Below, piece after piece: positions 28,601 to 38,866 of a stretch of DNA of 56,492 bases. This DNA is from an uncultured Sphingomonadales bacterium (GTDB lineage Bacteria > Pseudomonadota > Alphaproteobacteria > Sphingomonadales > Sphingomonadaceae), in contig CAIKKO010000076.1 in NCBI GenBank assembly GCA_903828025.1, forward strand, positions 1 to 56,492, written 5' to 3'. The position numbers and the translations under genes are program-made. Every line of letters begins with the position of its first letter. The stretch's first letter is position 1. The notes under the pieces were generated by a model that saw nothing but the letters and a program-made list of their open reading frames with translations, did no database searches and was not told where the DNA came from.

Positions 28601-31600
28601 CGGCACGGCATGGACTGCCGGTGGCACTATTGCCCTGCAAGTGGCCCCCAATGTTTTCGTCGCGCTGGGGGACTCGCTCCAGACCGCGAGCTACGCGGCG
28701 GATCTGAGCGGCAGCCTGCTGGTGCAGGGCTCCGCGCTGCTGAATGTTGCGTCGGGGGGGCATGTCACCCGCACGGGCGCACTTGATCTTACTGCGAAGG
28801 GCGGCAGCGTAAGCCTGATCAATCAGACGGTGTATTCCGCGTTGGTGCGGACCGACCCGGTTCTGGATGTCAACAGTTTGACCGACCTGCCGATCGGCGG
28901 TCCCAATCAGAGCGTTACGTTCACTCCGATCCCCGGGGACCTCACCCGCGCAGGGGTCAGGTCGGCATTGGTCGTGAAAGACCAGCGGGCAGTCGTGCAA
29001 GTCGATGCAGCCAATCTCAATGGTTTCAGCTTTGGCGGCGGCGGCACATTCACGTTGGTGGCCCCGGATATGACCCTGGGCTCCGCGACCGGCGGGAACG
29101 GCCCGCATATCGGCCTCGATTTCCTGCAGCAGACCGGCTTCGGCACGCTTGCCCTCTCGGCCTACCATTCGCGTGTGTTCAACAATCTTTTCAGCAATGG
29201 CATCGAGGGCAATTCGGCATTTCTGGACACAACCCAGTTTGTGATCAAGGACGGCGAGACGCTCAATCTCAGCCAGGCGCTGCTCCCCAACTACCTCGAC
29301 AGTGCACAGCGCAGCGTGCTGATCGGATTGGCGAGCGGGAGCGCTGTGACCAGCGTGTTGAGCGCAGTCGTGCCGCCCGATGCGTGGGATCAGCGCGCGG
29401 CGAACCTGACGCTCGGCGGATTGATCGAGCTTGATGTCGCGCATGGCGGCGCGATCACTGGCGCGGCAGGGGCGGCGATCACGACTCCCAAGCTGCTCAA
29501 TCAGGGCACGATCCGGCTTGTCGGCGGCTCGATTACGCAGCGGTCCGCCCTCCCTGAATCGATCGCGACTGGCGGGGTCGGGGTGCGCGACGCAGCGCTT
29601 GGCGGACACGGGCTCGACGATGTTCTCGGAACCGCCACCCTTGTCAATGGCCATGCGCAGTACGACGAGAACGCGATATCGCTGGTCTCGGTCGAAGGCG
29701 GCGCGGTCACGAACGGGCAGCTGTTTTCGTCATCGGGTTCCGACCGTGCGGTCTATTTCCTGGGGGCGCTCGATGCCGGTACGGGTATCCGGTTGGACGC
29801 GGGCAGTGTGACCGACCTTTCGGGCGGCCTCGTCCTTGATCCGCGCGCGCCGGTAATTGCCGGAGCCATGTTGCGCACAGGCACGCTCTACGCCGGAGGC
29901 TCGATTTCCACTGCGGCGCCGCTTAATCAAAGTTCCCTGCTTTTCTATGCAGAAAGTCCGCTGGGCGGAGGACGCTTTGCGCCGCCGCGTGGGGGAAGCA
30001 CGTCGCCAGTGCTGACACCGATCAACGGCTTGACGCTGGATGCAGCAAAGGGCGCTGCCATTGATATCAGCGGGGCCGCGGCCGATCTCGATATTGCGGT
30101 TTCGGGAGGAGCCTATCAGCGCACGGCGGAATGGACCGATGCTGGCAGCCTTTCGGTCAATGGCCGCGGTACGCTGACCGGGAGTACGCTGCGCGCATTC
30201 GGCGGCGCGGCACAGGCGCAAGGCGGCACGCTTGAATGGCTTCGGCCGACTCTGGCCCAGTCAGACGGTGCGAACGGCCCTGCCGACAATGTGATCACCG
30301 CCGATTGGATTGCGGCATCGGGTTTCTCGACCATGGTTGCACGCGGTGCGATCGCGCTTGACGGAACGCTTGATCTCAAGCTCGGCAAGGCGTTCATCCT
30401 GAGCAGCGCGGATACGACGGGATCGTCGATCGTCGAATCCGACCTGCGCACCACGGTCTCGCTCGTTCAAAACGGCGATGCGGTGATCGAAGCGCCGTAT
30501 GTGCGCCTTTCGAGCCTGTCGCAAAAGGCGGCGCGCAATGCGCCAAGCACGGTCGATCACGGATCGATCACGATTGCCGGCAACAATATTGATCTGGTTG
30601 GCGGGGTCGCATTTGTGGTCCCGGGCGGAACCGACGGCGCCGGGCAGGCGGCGGGCACAGTCACTCTCAAGGCTGCGCACGACATACGCCTGATCGGGGT
30701 GGCCTCACCCGTTCTGGAAAACCAGTTTTCGGGGCTGACCGGGGAAGTTGTTTCGACCGGCAATCTCGGTTTCGTGGCTTCACAGGTTTATGCGACGACC
30801 GGGACAGGCAACCTCCAGCAGCTCATCGAGGACCGCCGCAATGGCACCAGCTTCAGCACGGCAACGCCGTATGTGATTGCCTCGCTGGCCAATTCTGGGA
30901 CCGTTTCGTTTGCATCCAACGGCGGCGCGACACCCGATACGCCGCTTTCGGCGGGCAGCTGGCTCAAGGTCGCTGCCGCGCATATCGTGCAGGACGGTGT
31001 CCTGCGGGCACCTTTGGGCCTGCTTGAAATTGGCACCTCGACCCAACTCTCGCTGACCGCTGGAACCGTTCCGCTCACCCAGTCCGTGTCCTTCGGCGCG
31101 GGCAGCGTGACTTCGGTCAGCGGCAAAGGATTGAACGTTCCGTATGGTGAGACGACCGATCTCACCGAATATTACTTCAAGCCCAACACCAACGGCGCAT
31201 TGACTGCCGCCCCGGTCGGCGAACTTCACCTTGATGGTGGCGCGATCAGCGTGGGCACCGGCGCGCAAATTGATGGCCAAGGCGGCGGCGATGTGTTCGC
31301 TTACGAGTTTGTTTCGGGCACAGGCGGCTCGCGCGACGTGCTTTCGCGCGTCAATACCGATACGTTTAGCAGCACCAACGGTCTGCAATTTGCTGACGGT
31401 CGGCAGGTTTATGCCATTTTGCCAGTCGCCAAAGCTGGCGAGGTTGCTGCCTTTGATCCGGTCTATTCGGCAGACTACGGAGCAGCGACTGGCGATCTCT
31501 ACGGCAGCAATGCAGGCCGCACCGTCTGGCTGGACGGGGGCAGCGGCGTTGCTGCCGGTGAATACCTGCTTCTGCCAGCGCATTACGCGCTCTTGCCGGG

Positions 31601-34600
31601 GGCCATGCGGCTCGTCGAGAATACCGATAGTGCAGCGCCGTTTGTCGATGGCGCGTCACAATTGCGCGACGGCAGTGTTCTGATTGGCGGCAGTTTCGGA
31701 ACTGCGGGCACCAACTTCCGTGAGTCGACCCGCAGGGCGTTTACGGTTGAATCGGTGGCGACGTTTGGGCGGTATTCGAGGCTCCAAACGACTTCGGGTA
31801 CGACCGATTTCAACAATCTTGCCACCAAGGCGGGCAAAGCCGCGCCGCGCTCGCCGCTGGATGCAGCCCGTTTCGTGCTTCGACCCACCGAGTCTTTGCT
31901 GGTCGATGGCAACTTTGCCGTCGATGCGGCGACCGGTGGGCGGGGTGCGCAATTTGATATCGCCGTGTCTGCGATTGAAATCCGGGCGGCGCTGCCAATC
32001 ACACCGACCGCCGGGGTGTTGACCCTCACCACGCCAACGCTCAACAAGCTCAACGCAAACAGCTTGCTGATCGGCGGGATACGCGCCGACAACCTCGATG
32101 GCACCACCTCGATCGACGTTGTCGGCCAAAACATCCGGGTCGATCGATCGACGTCGCTCGAATTGCCCGAGCTTATCCTTGCAGTTGGCGGCGATAACGC
32201 AAATCTGACGCTTGCAGCAGGCGCGACGATCAAGGCCACCGGCACGCTGAGCGATTCCCGCAGCGGGGACTACCTCGTCGGCTATTCGGCGAATCCATCG
32301 TCAACCCTTGCGGGCGACAACTCCGGTATTGGCGCGGTGTTGCGCCTTTCCAGCGGTACCGAGCGGCTAGTTTCGCGGACGGTCGATCCGACGTTGACCG
32401 ATGCGCAACTGCGGACGGCGCGGCTTACCATCAGCAATGGCGCATCGCTCTCCGGAACGGCGCTGGCGTTGAACAGCACCGGCAGCGTGGGCCTGGGCGC
32501 TAAGGCGACGATTGCTGCAAAGAACGTCAGTCTGGGCGCAGTGCGGCTTGATCTGTCAGCAGGCGGGCTTGATGCTGCAGTGGTGAATCAGCTGGCGGCA
32601 GCCGATCATTTGACGCTGCAATCCCAGCGGCTGATCGCACTCGGCGCCGGGCTGCCGACGCAGTTCAACGATTTGGTCGTCGATTCGGCGGGCTTCGTTT
32701 CGACCGGCTCGAACGTTGCACTCAAGGCCAAGTCGATTGACCTGCGTAACAGCGGTCTTGCGGCGGCAGGCTGTGCGACCAGTGCACTCTCGGCATGCGG
32801 TGCGGGCACGACCATTTCGCTGATTGCTGACACGATTGGGCTAGGCAACGGCACATTCCGAATGCTCGGCTTCGAGGGCGGCGTTACGCTGAACAGCAAC
32901 GCAGGGCTTTATGTTGAAGGCAAGGGTACGCTGGCGATCGACGATGCAGCGGCACCTGCGAACGTTTCGCTCACCTTGCATACGCCCTTCATCGCGGACC
33001 GCGCATCGTCTGGCAGCGCTGATGTGACGTCCGGCGGGGCGGACTATGTTTTTGCGACAACCGGCAAAGTCACGATCGACGGTCACGGCCTGACCGGGAC
33101 CTCGACCACAAAGGCGCAGTCGGCTGGTTCAACGATTGCGTTCGGCACAGCCGAAGCCCGGATTGCCAGCCTTACGGTGACTGACGCGCAAATCCGTGCC
33201 ACCGCCGGGGTGGTAGAAGCATTCGCACGGGGCAACATTGCCGTTTCCGGCACCAGTTCCATCGCGGTGCCAAGTTTCAGCACGCAGATCGGTTCGTCGA
33301 CCGATCCGATAACCGCCACGGCCGGTTCGGGCACAATCGACCTTCAGAGCGCGACTGGCGGAATCGACCTGGCTGCTGGCACAAACCTGACAGTGGACAC
33401 TGGTGTCGGCACGGCCGGGTCGCTCGATCTTGTCGCGACCCACGGGGCAATCCGGCTTGGCGCGACACTCAATGGCGGGATTGCGGCGACCGCGACACGC
33501 AATGCCGCGATCCTTCTGGATGGTGCCAGCCTGCGCGATGGCACCGGGGCCGCGTTTGACCTTTCCGCATTCCTGACCGCCTCGGGCCGGCTGTTTGGCG
33601 GCGCTGTCCAGATTCACACCGGCACTGGCGATCTTGCGATTGCCGCCGGTCAGACCTTGCGCGCCGGTAAAGTCACACTGGCGACCGACAATGGCATGAT
33701 CGCCATCGCCGGGACGATCGATACGTCCGGCGAGAGCGTTTCCGGTCTCAAGATGACCGATCCGGGCTATACTGCGGCGCGCGTCAATGGCGGCGATATC
33801 ACGCTTTATGGCGCAAATGGCCTCACGCTGGCTGCAACCGCGCGTCTCGCAGCTGGCACGAGCGGATACAATGCGAACGATAGCCGCCAGGCGAGCGGCG
33901 GCAACATCACCTTGGGGATATCCGCAGCGGATGCGGCGCTGACAATCGCCAACGGCGCGGCCATTGATGTGCATGCTACCAATTCGGCAGACCGGCAGGT
34001 CGCGGTCAGTGTCAAGGATGCGACCACCCAGGCGCTGACGACTGCCTACCGCAAGGTCGCTGGTGATCTTGGCGGGACGGTGACCCTGCGGGCTCCGCTC
34101 ATCCAGTCGGATACTGCAGTGGATGTGCGTGCGGCGGGAACCATTACCGGCGCACGCGCGCTCACGCTTGATGCGTTCAAGACGTTCGATCTTGACGCGA
34201 TTGCGGCTTCGGGCGCGTTCGCTGGCGTAACCAGCGACGTTGGCGGGATCCATCTCGACGCGGCTGCGACCGGCAAGCCCAATTTTCTTTCAGATACCGG
34301 TGCAGCGGGAACCCTGCCGTCGTTCATCCGCAATTTCACGGTGGTCCGGGCCGATGGCGGCAGCCTCGCCGGCTATCGCTTGCGGCCTGAAGCCGTGCTG
34401 TCCTCGGCGCGCTCGATTGCGGTCGACAGCAATATCAATCTCGGCGCCGGAACGATCACCGATTACAGCGCGGCGGTCGCGGCGGGGCTTCTGGTTGAAT
34501 CGCCGCTTGGCCCCGATGCCGCCGGCAATCCGCGCTATGAAGTGGTTCAGGGCAAAGAAGCCGAACTGTTCTCGCGGTTTGTCGACATGACATTCCGCGT

Positions 34601-37600
34601 GGGCGGAAAAGTGACTGGCGAGGCCGGTGTGTTCAGCGTGCGCGCGGGCGGCGACCTCACCGTCGCCAACAGCATCAGCGATGGCTTCTTCGCGTTCCAT
34701 GACCGGACCGATGCGGGCTATATCAACCACCAGTTGGGCGGCGGTGACCGGGTCTATCATCCTGCCACGCAGCTGAACTGCGAGAATTTCAGCACCTGCG
34801 ACACAACGCTGCTGTCTTATTCGAAATATGCAGGCAAAGCGCCGTCTGATGATCGGATTGTCGTGGTTGATCTTACCGCACCCGAGCTGGGCGATCAGGC
34901 AACGCCGATATTCGTCCATTCGCCCTACAACGCCTCGGCCAATACGGTCGCGGCCGATGGTACCGGCAATGCCATCGGGATCGGTGAGCTGTTCCCGCTG
35001 GTGAACGGAAAGCCGGTTACGTCGTCGGATATCCGCTTGGTCGCCGGGGCAGCGGCCGGATCGGCCGATCCCCTCTCCGTGGACCGCGCGAGCCGCGGTT
35101 CTGTTATCGTCGCGGGCGAAAAGTCGTATTCGGTAACGGCACAGAAGGGCAACAATACGCTCGGCGGCGGGGTCGAGCTTGGCATTGACGACGGATTTGG
35201 CAATATCATCTACGGTACTGCGAACAATTTCCTCACTACAACGCTGGGTCAGCTTATTGATCCGAAAACGTCGGCTGACTTTTTCACGCACCTCAATTGG
35301 GGTAGCGGTGACGCGCTGGCTGACACAACCCGCGCAGCTGCATTGACATACTTTTCTGGCCACCGCTTCATCAAGGATGGTGGTGACATTGTCGGCGTAT
35401 ATGCTTCACTCAGCGAAGTGACCCAGTTTCTCGCCACTGACTACGGCACGGCTTACGCCAATCTTACGCGCGATACGGTCGGTCCGATCGATCCGGGCTC
35501 TCCGATCGTCTACGATCAGCCCAAGGCGTTTTATCGTCCGGTCATTCGGACAGGAGACGGCAAGATCGCACTCGCTGCCGCTGGTAACGTCGACCTCGTC
35601 GGATCGGGCAAAGTGCTATATCGCGATAACACCGGCGCCAGCCGCGACGCTTTTGGTGCTTTCGGCAATGACATTGACACCGCGCAGGTCGGCGGTGCGG
35701 CGGTCTATACTGCGGGGACGCGGCTTGCGGGCTTCGGTTCGCCCGCATCGGCTGCGCTCACAAACAGCAGCGAACGGCTCGATTATATCCCGTCGCCGCA
35801 AGGTGTGCTCGATTGGGCTCCGGTTCAGGCAGGCGGTGGCGGCGCGATCAGCCTTGCCGCTGGCGTGGATGTGATCGGGCGACGCGATGTCTGGAGCGAG
35901 GCTTTCCTCAGCGCTGGGCTGGACTATACGACCGACCTGCCCGGCTATGACAGCACCAATAACTTCTACAAGGAGCACGTTGGCGATGCCAGCCAGCGGT
36001 GGCAGATTGGCAGCGTCGGCCTCAACACCAACGTCGCGGGCGTCGCGCAACTGTTCATTTCGGGGGTTGGCGCGCTTGCCGGCGGTGATGTGACAGTGAC
36101 CGCTGGGCGCGATGTCAATGATCTGACGGTTGCGCTCGATAATGCCACTTCGACCGATCTCAATGCGGCGGGCGCGCGGGTGCTTTCCACCAGCGGCTCT
36201 GGAAACCTCGCGCTTCGGGCTGGCCGGGATGTCCTCGGCGGACAAGTGGACATTGCGCATGGCGTTGGTCTGCTCACGGTCGGCGGCGCTGTGGCAGCGG
36301 CTGGAACATCGCTCAACCGGGTATCGTATGACGTCCGTGCGGGTGCCGATCCGCGCAACTTGCTGCGCATCAGGGTCAATGATGCCACCGTTTCGCTGGT
36401 TGCAAGAGGCGATGTCACGATCGGCGGCATTGGAGCACTTGGGGCGCAGCAGACTTTTGCGGGCGTCAATGACGTTCTGGGGGCTGCCGGGTCGTTCACG
36501 CCGGTCGCCGGGGTCTCGATCACAACGGGCGGCGCAGTCGATCTCGTGCAAAACCGCCCCGAGCAGCGCGTTTCGTTTATGGATCAGGCGAGCCAGGCCA
36601 GCGATGAAGGCGGCTTCCTGCAAGGCTATGTCTTGCCACCGTCGCTGTCGCTCACGTCGCTGACGTCCAATATCCTGCTCGGCAATGGTCGACCCGAATT
36701 GCTGTATCCCAGCCAGTTTGGCCAACTTTCGCTGGTTGCGGGTGGAGACATTTCCAATTTCGCGTTGTCCATGAGTGATGCCAACCCGTCGGATCTGCCC
36801 GGTGCATTCAGCGTCACACAGTTTATCCCGTCAGGTGAAGCAGTCGAGCGGGTGGCCGGGCTTGGTTTTTCGTTCGGCGCCATCTTGGGGACGGCGAGCG
36901 ACAGTCTGCTTCGCTTGTACCACGAGCGCACGTTGCTCCACGCAGGTGACGATCGGCCGATCGAGATTTACGCTGGCGGGTCGATCAGCAATGTTCAATT
37001 GGAATTGGCTAAGGCGGCGCGAATCAATGTCGGAATCGATTTGCAGAATTTTTATTTTGAAGGTCAGAACGTCAGCGTATCCGATGTAACCAGCATTGTT
37101 GCAGGCCGCGATATATTGGCTACGACGCAATTGCCTCCGGTTGATAGTGCTGTAACCGGACGGCCCTATGTCGGAACGACCAATTTCATTCTTGGCGGAC
37201 CCGGCACCTTGTCGGTTCAGGCTGGACGCGATCTTGGGCCGTTCCTCAATTCCGTTACAGTAGGCGGCGTCTCTTACGCTGGTGGTATCCGCACGATCGG
37301 GAACGAAGCCAATCCGTGGCTCGGCGCAACGGGCGCGGATGCCTATGCGCTGTTCGGCGTGGCGCATGGCGCGGACTTTGCGGCGCTCAACAGCACCTAT
37401 CTGGACCCGCAGAATGCCGCAAAGCTGGACGGTGACCTCTTTGTCCAGGTGGCGGATGCAGCCGGCAACAAATCGCCTGATCGTACCAAGTTCGTTTATG
37501 CGCCCAAATTGGCCGATTGGCTGCTTCAAAACGCCCCGGATGTGTTCCTCTCTGTATTCGGCGATGCGTTTGCGACGACAGATGCAGCGACTGCGGCCCC

Positions 37601-38780
37601 AGCCAAGCTCGAGACGCTGGCGTACGAGCGCTATGCGACCATGTATAAAGCTTACGCCGCCGGGGTGAGTGAGCAGCAGCAGCGCCAATTTCTGCTGAAG
37701 GATCTGTATTTCGGCGAACTTTCCGCTCCGGCGAACCCCAATGGGCCTTCCTATCTTCAGTATGTTCGCGGGTATCGCGCCGTACAGACTCTGTTCCCGG
37801 CCAGCAGTGGCTACACCGATAACCTCTCGACCTTCACGACCGATCCTTCGACGATCAGCGCCGATCACCCGCTGGGTGAGCCGACGAAGAACATCGTGGA
37901 CGGCCAGCCGGCCCGCGCCACCCGGATCTTGACCGGCAACGTCGATTTGCGCCTTGCCACGGTGGAAACCGCGCGCGGCGGTGATGTTACCCTGATTGGC
38001 CCCGGCGGTGACTTTATTGCGGGCTCGGTCCAGCGCACGTCCAGCCAGGCGGCCAGCAAGAGCACGCCGCTTGGCGACGTCGGTCGGCTTGGGCTGAGCA
38101 CCGGGACCAACTTCCAGCCGCAGCCGATCCCGATCGATTCGATCCCGATTGGCTACGAAGGCGTCATTACCTTGCGCGGCGGGGCTGTCCGCAGCTTTAC
38201 CGATGGCGATTTCCGCCTGAATCAGAGCCGCTTGTTCACGGTCTCGGGTGGCAATATCACGATGTGGTCTTCAAACGGCGATCTCAACGCCGGGCAGGGG
38301 CCCAAGACCTCGTCCAACTTCCCGCCCATCACGCTGCGCTTCACGCCGGATGCGTTCAGCGAGGTGGACTCGGCTGGCAGCGTGGCGGGGGCCGGTATTG
38401 CCGCGTTGCAACCTTCTGCCAATATCGCCCCGTCGAGCGTCACCCTCATCGCGCCGGTTGGCACGGTTGACGCGGGCGACGCGGGCGTGCGCGCCTCGGG
38501 TGACGTGTTCGTCGCTGCGGCGCGGGTGGCCAATGCCGACAACTTCAAGGTGGGCGGTGTATCGGTGGGCGTGCCCACGACGGCGGTGGTGGCAGCGCCC
38601 GCCGCGCCGGCCGGAGCAACGGCAGCGACGGCGGCCACGGCAGCGCAGGCCCGAGCGCAGGAATCGGGCGCGGCGGATCGCCGGTCGATCATCCGGGTCG
38701 ATGTGCTGGGGTATATCGGCGGCAATGCCGACGACTGCCCGAGCGGCCGGTTCGATTCATCCGGCAAATGTGTCCACTAA
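25656..38780 (+). CDS. Giant filamentous-haemagglutinin-like TpsA protein with C-terminal DUF3739-like domain, ~4,370 aa
   Basis: Signal ending THA, TPS domain (LLSWNRFDVG...VLNRV...VLVINRNGVIFG), long beta-helix-like body, C-terminal QSRLFT...WSSNGDLNAGQG...LIAPVGTVDAGDAG. Confidence 0.92.
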   Translation: MTMQTGTARNRQGNASRQRLLTGVSAVVLGLVVGAAPTHAQLARLRSVLGGAVVPTAATTITPPTATRGQSMQQALAQQQANRAAIQSLRSLVTEARSAALAAVRPQPTDGLSAKGLDAAVTKPTLAINDPTGLATWQGALMPTQTVNGGTYAVTIKQTDSRALLSWNRFDVGAKTTLTFDQTLNGKAQTDWVVLNRVVDPKASPTVILGQIKASGTVLVINRNGVIFGNGAQVNTHSLLVSSLEIGNFGRDPDAGTPGGSGLFTGLSIKDRNNAYLANGLLGNSVAPLKFDAMLTSSLTGTGNYSFTDPNAAFSSKVEGDVIVDRGANLTAGDGGFVIITAPNISNDGALSAPDGQVSLQAGRAINYTISTGSAASGDPDIRGLILRSTTVTGGQVVNTGLIDVPRGYISLGADLTGSVTNGGLISSTTSVSRNGVISLTAGHVSLSGGANSGSAGALSILPDENGETVPQGSADEPPNFKASRIDIGGEYVSTLAGAGATGLFGPAAVDFGENALLFAPSAIVSIGGRSGSGFSVGDFSALGHSPLTGSVNVAQGAMIDVGGIKDVQLSASRNSVTISPLKGNELRDTPNYRDVKIDGSFTLNGKTVTVDVRKHGIRSDGVAWIGSPLIEAGSAASQIGVTASELMTKGGSVTFKVTPVLSLADAQNAPKVSIAAGATIDFSGGWVHYNSGVVKSTRLIRADGTIVDIADADPNGDYIGIADGYSDTQSKFGITRTYRNKLISGDAIDPAYDEGRDAGALVIGASTATIAATLHGQAFAGQLQRDGSKVGTAKSAINSDPRALQSTASELPSGGFLRVGSILGSGTVELGGDIVVAADGQANSATAGAFVLSDSQLSNAGLSALTLQTTGGVRFDAGSAVVLENGGALKVDAGRTVRFDGTISAHGGKIAARTVEMGGTVLQSTFASTGSAFISSDDVSTAYAVGAALPNPFDIVVSGTLDVSGLWSNDYLAARSDSLPSGTAWTAGGTIALQVAPNVFVALGDSLQTASYAADLSGSLLVQGSALLNVASGGHVTRTGALDLTAKGGSVSLINQTVYSALVRTDPVLDVNSLTDLPIGGPNQSVTFTPIPGDLTRAGVRSALVVKDQRAVVQVDAANLNGFSFGGGGTFTLVAPDMTLGSATGGNGPHIGLDFLQQTGFGTLALSAYHSRVFNNLFSNGIEGNSAFLDTTQFVIKDGETLNLSQALLPNYLDSAQRSVLIGLASGSAVTSVLSAVVPPDAWDQRAANLTLGGLIELDVAHGGAITGAAGAAITTPKLLNQGTIRLVGGSITQRSALPESIATGGVGVRDAALGGHGLDDVLGTATLVNGHAQYDENAISLVSVEGGAVTNGQLFSSSGSDRAVYFLGALDAGTGIRLDAGSVTDLSGGLVLDPRAPVIAGAMLRTGTLYAGGSISTAAPLNQSSLLFYAESPLGGGRFAPPRGGSTSPVLTPINGLTLDAAKGAAIDISGAAADLDIAVSGGAYQRTAEWTDAGSLSVNGRGTLTGSTLRAFGGAAQAQGGTLEWLRPTLAQSDGANGPADNVITADWIAASGFSTMVARGAIALDGTLDLKLGKAFILSSADTTGSSIVESDLRTTVSLVQNGDAVIEAPYVRLSSLSQKAARNAPSTVDHGSITIAGNNIDLVGGVAFVVPGGTDGAGQAAGTVTLKAAHDIRLIGVASPVLENQFSGLTGEVVSTGNLGFVASQVYATTGTGNLQQLIEDRRNGTSFSTATPYVIASLANSGTVSFASNGGATPDTPLSAGSWLKVAAAHIVQDGVLRAPLGLLEIGTSTQLSLTAGTVPLTQSVSFGAGSVTSVSGKGLNVPYGETTDLTEYYFKPNTNGALTAAPVGELHLDGGAISVGTGAQIDGQGGGDVFAYEFVSGTGGSRDVLSRVNTDTFSSTNGLQFADGRQVYAILPVAKAGEVAAFDPVYSADYGAATGDLYGSNAGRTVWLDGGSGVAAGEYLLLPAHYALLPGAMRLVENTDSAAPFVDGASQLRDGSVLIGGSFGTAGTNFRESTRRAFTVESVATFGRYSRLQTTSGTTDFNNLATKAGKAAPRSPLDAARFVLRPTESLLVDGNFAVDAATGGRGAQFDIAVSAIEIRAALPITPTAGVLTLTTPTLNKLNANSLLIGGIRADNLDGTTSIDVVGQNIRVDRSTSLELPELILAVGGDNANLTLAAGATIKATGTLSDSRSGDYLVGYSANPSSTLAGDNSGIGAVLRLSSGTERLVSRTVDPTLTDAQLRTARLTISNGASLSGTALALNSTGSVGLGAKATIAAKNVSLGAVRLDLSAGGLDAAVVNQLAAADHLTLQSQRLIALGAGLPTQFNDLVVDSAGFVSTGSNVALKAKSIDLRNSGLAAAGCATSALSACGAGTTISLIADTIGLGNGTFRMLGFEGGVTLNSNAGLYVEGKGTLAIDDAAAPANVSLTLHTPFIADRASSGSADVTSGGADYVFATTGKVTIDGHGLTGTSTTKAQSAGSTIAFGTAEARIASLTVTDAQIRATAGVVEAFARGNIAVSGTSSIAVPSFSTQIGSSTDPITATAGSGTIDLQSATGGIDLAAGTNLTVDTGVGTAGSLDLVATHGAIRLGATLNGGIAATATRNAAILLDGASLRDGTGAAFDLSAFLTASGRLFGGAVQIHTGTGDLAIAAGQTLRAGKVTLATDNGMIAIAGTIDTSGESVSGLKMTDPGYTAARVNGGDITLYGANGLTLAATARLAAGTSGYNANDSRQASGGNITLGISAADAALTIANGAAIDVHATNSADRQVAVSVKDATTQALTTAYRKVAGDLGGTVTLRAPLIQSDTAVDVRAAGTITGARALTLDAFKTFDLDAIAASGAFAGVTSDVGGIHLDAAATGKPNFLSDTGAAGTLPSFIRNFTVVRADGGSLAGYRLRPEAVLSSARSIAVDSNINLGAGTITDYSAAVAAGLLVESPLGPDAAGNPRYEVVQGKEAELFSRFVDMTFRVGGKVTGEAGVFSVRAGGDLTVANSISDGFFAFHDRTDAGYINHQLGGGDRVYHPATQLNCENFSTCDTTLLSYSKYAGKAPSDDRIVVVDLTAPELGDQATPIFVHSPYNASANTVAADGTGNAIGIGELFPLVNGKPVTSSDIRLVAGAAAGSADPLSVDRASRGSVIVAGEKSYSVTAQKGNNTLGGGVELGIDDGFGNIIYGTANNFLTTTLGQLIDPKTSADFFTHLNWGSGDALADTTRAAALTYFSGHRFIKDGGDIVGVYASLSEVTQFLATDYGTAYANLTRDTVGPIDPGSPIVYDQPKAFYRPVIRTGDGKIALAAAGNVDLVGSGKVLYRDNTGASRDAFGAFGNDIDTAQVGGAAVYTAGTRLAGFGSPASAALTNSSERLDYIPSPQGVLDWAPVQAGGGGAISLAAGVDVIGRRDVWSEAFLSAGLDYTTDLPGYDSTNNFYKEHVGDASQRWQIGSVGLNTNVAGVAQLFISGVGALAGGDVTVTAGRDVNDLTVALDNATSTDLNAAGARVLSTSGSGNLALRAGRDVLGGQVDIAHGVGLLTVGGAVAAAGTSLNRVSYDVRAGADPRNLLRIRVNDATVSLVARGDVTIGGIGALGAQQTFAGVNDVLGAAGSFTPVAGVSITTGGAVDLVQNRPEQRVSFMDQASQASDEGGFLQGYVLPPSLSLTSLTSNILLGNGRPELLYPSQFGQLSLVAGGDISNFALSMSDANPSDLPGAFSVTQFIPSGEAVERVAGLGFSFGAILGTASDSLLRLYHERTLLHAGDDRPIEIYAGGSISNVQLELAKAARINVGIDLQNFYFEGQNVSVSDVTSIVAGRDILATTQLPPVDSAVTGRPYVGTTNFILGGPGTLSVQAGRDLGPFLNSVTVGGVSYAGGIRTIGNEANPWLGATGADAYALFGVAHGADFAALNSTYLDPQNAAKLDGDLFVQVADAAGNKSPDRTKFVYAPKLADWLLQNAPDVFLSVFGDAFATTDAATAAPAKLETLAYERYATMYKAYAAGVSEQQQRQFLLKDLYFGELSAPANPNGPSYLQYVRGYRAVQTLFPASSGYTDNLSTFTTDPSTISADHPLGEPTKNIVDGQPARATRILTGNVDLRLATVETARGGDVTLIGPGGDFIAGSVQRTSSQAASKSTPLGDVGRLGLSTGTNFQPQPIPIDSIPIGYEGVITLRGGAVRSFTDGDFRLNQSRLFTVSGGNITMWSSNGDLNAGQGPKTSSNFPPITLRFTPDAFSEVDSAGSVAGAGIAALQPSANIAPSSVTLIAPVGTVDAGDAGVRASGDVFVAAARVANADNFKVGGVSVGVPTTAVVAAPAAPAGATAATAATAAQARAQESGAADRRSIIRVDVLGYIGGNADDCPSGRFDSSGKCVH

Positions 38781-38866
38781 GCGGCTGCGGTTCAGGATCA
38801 CGGGCCTATCGAGGGGCGTGATCGGACTAACGGCAGGCCGACGGAAATAACCCAGGGAGTTCGAGT

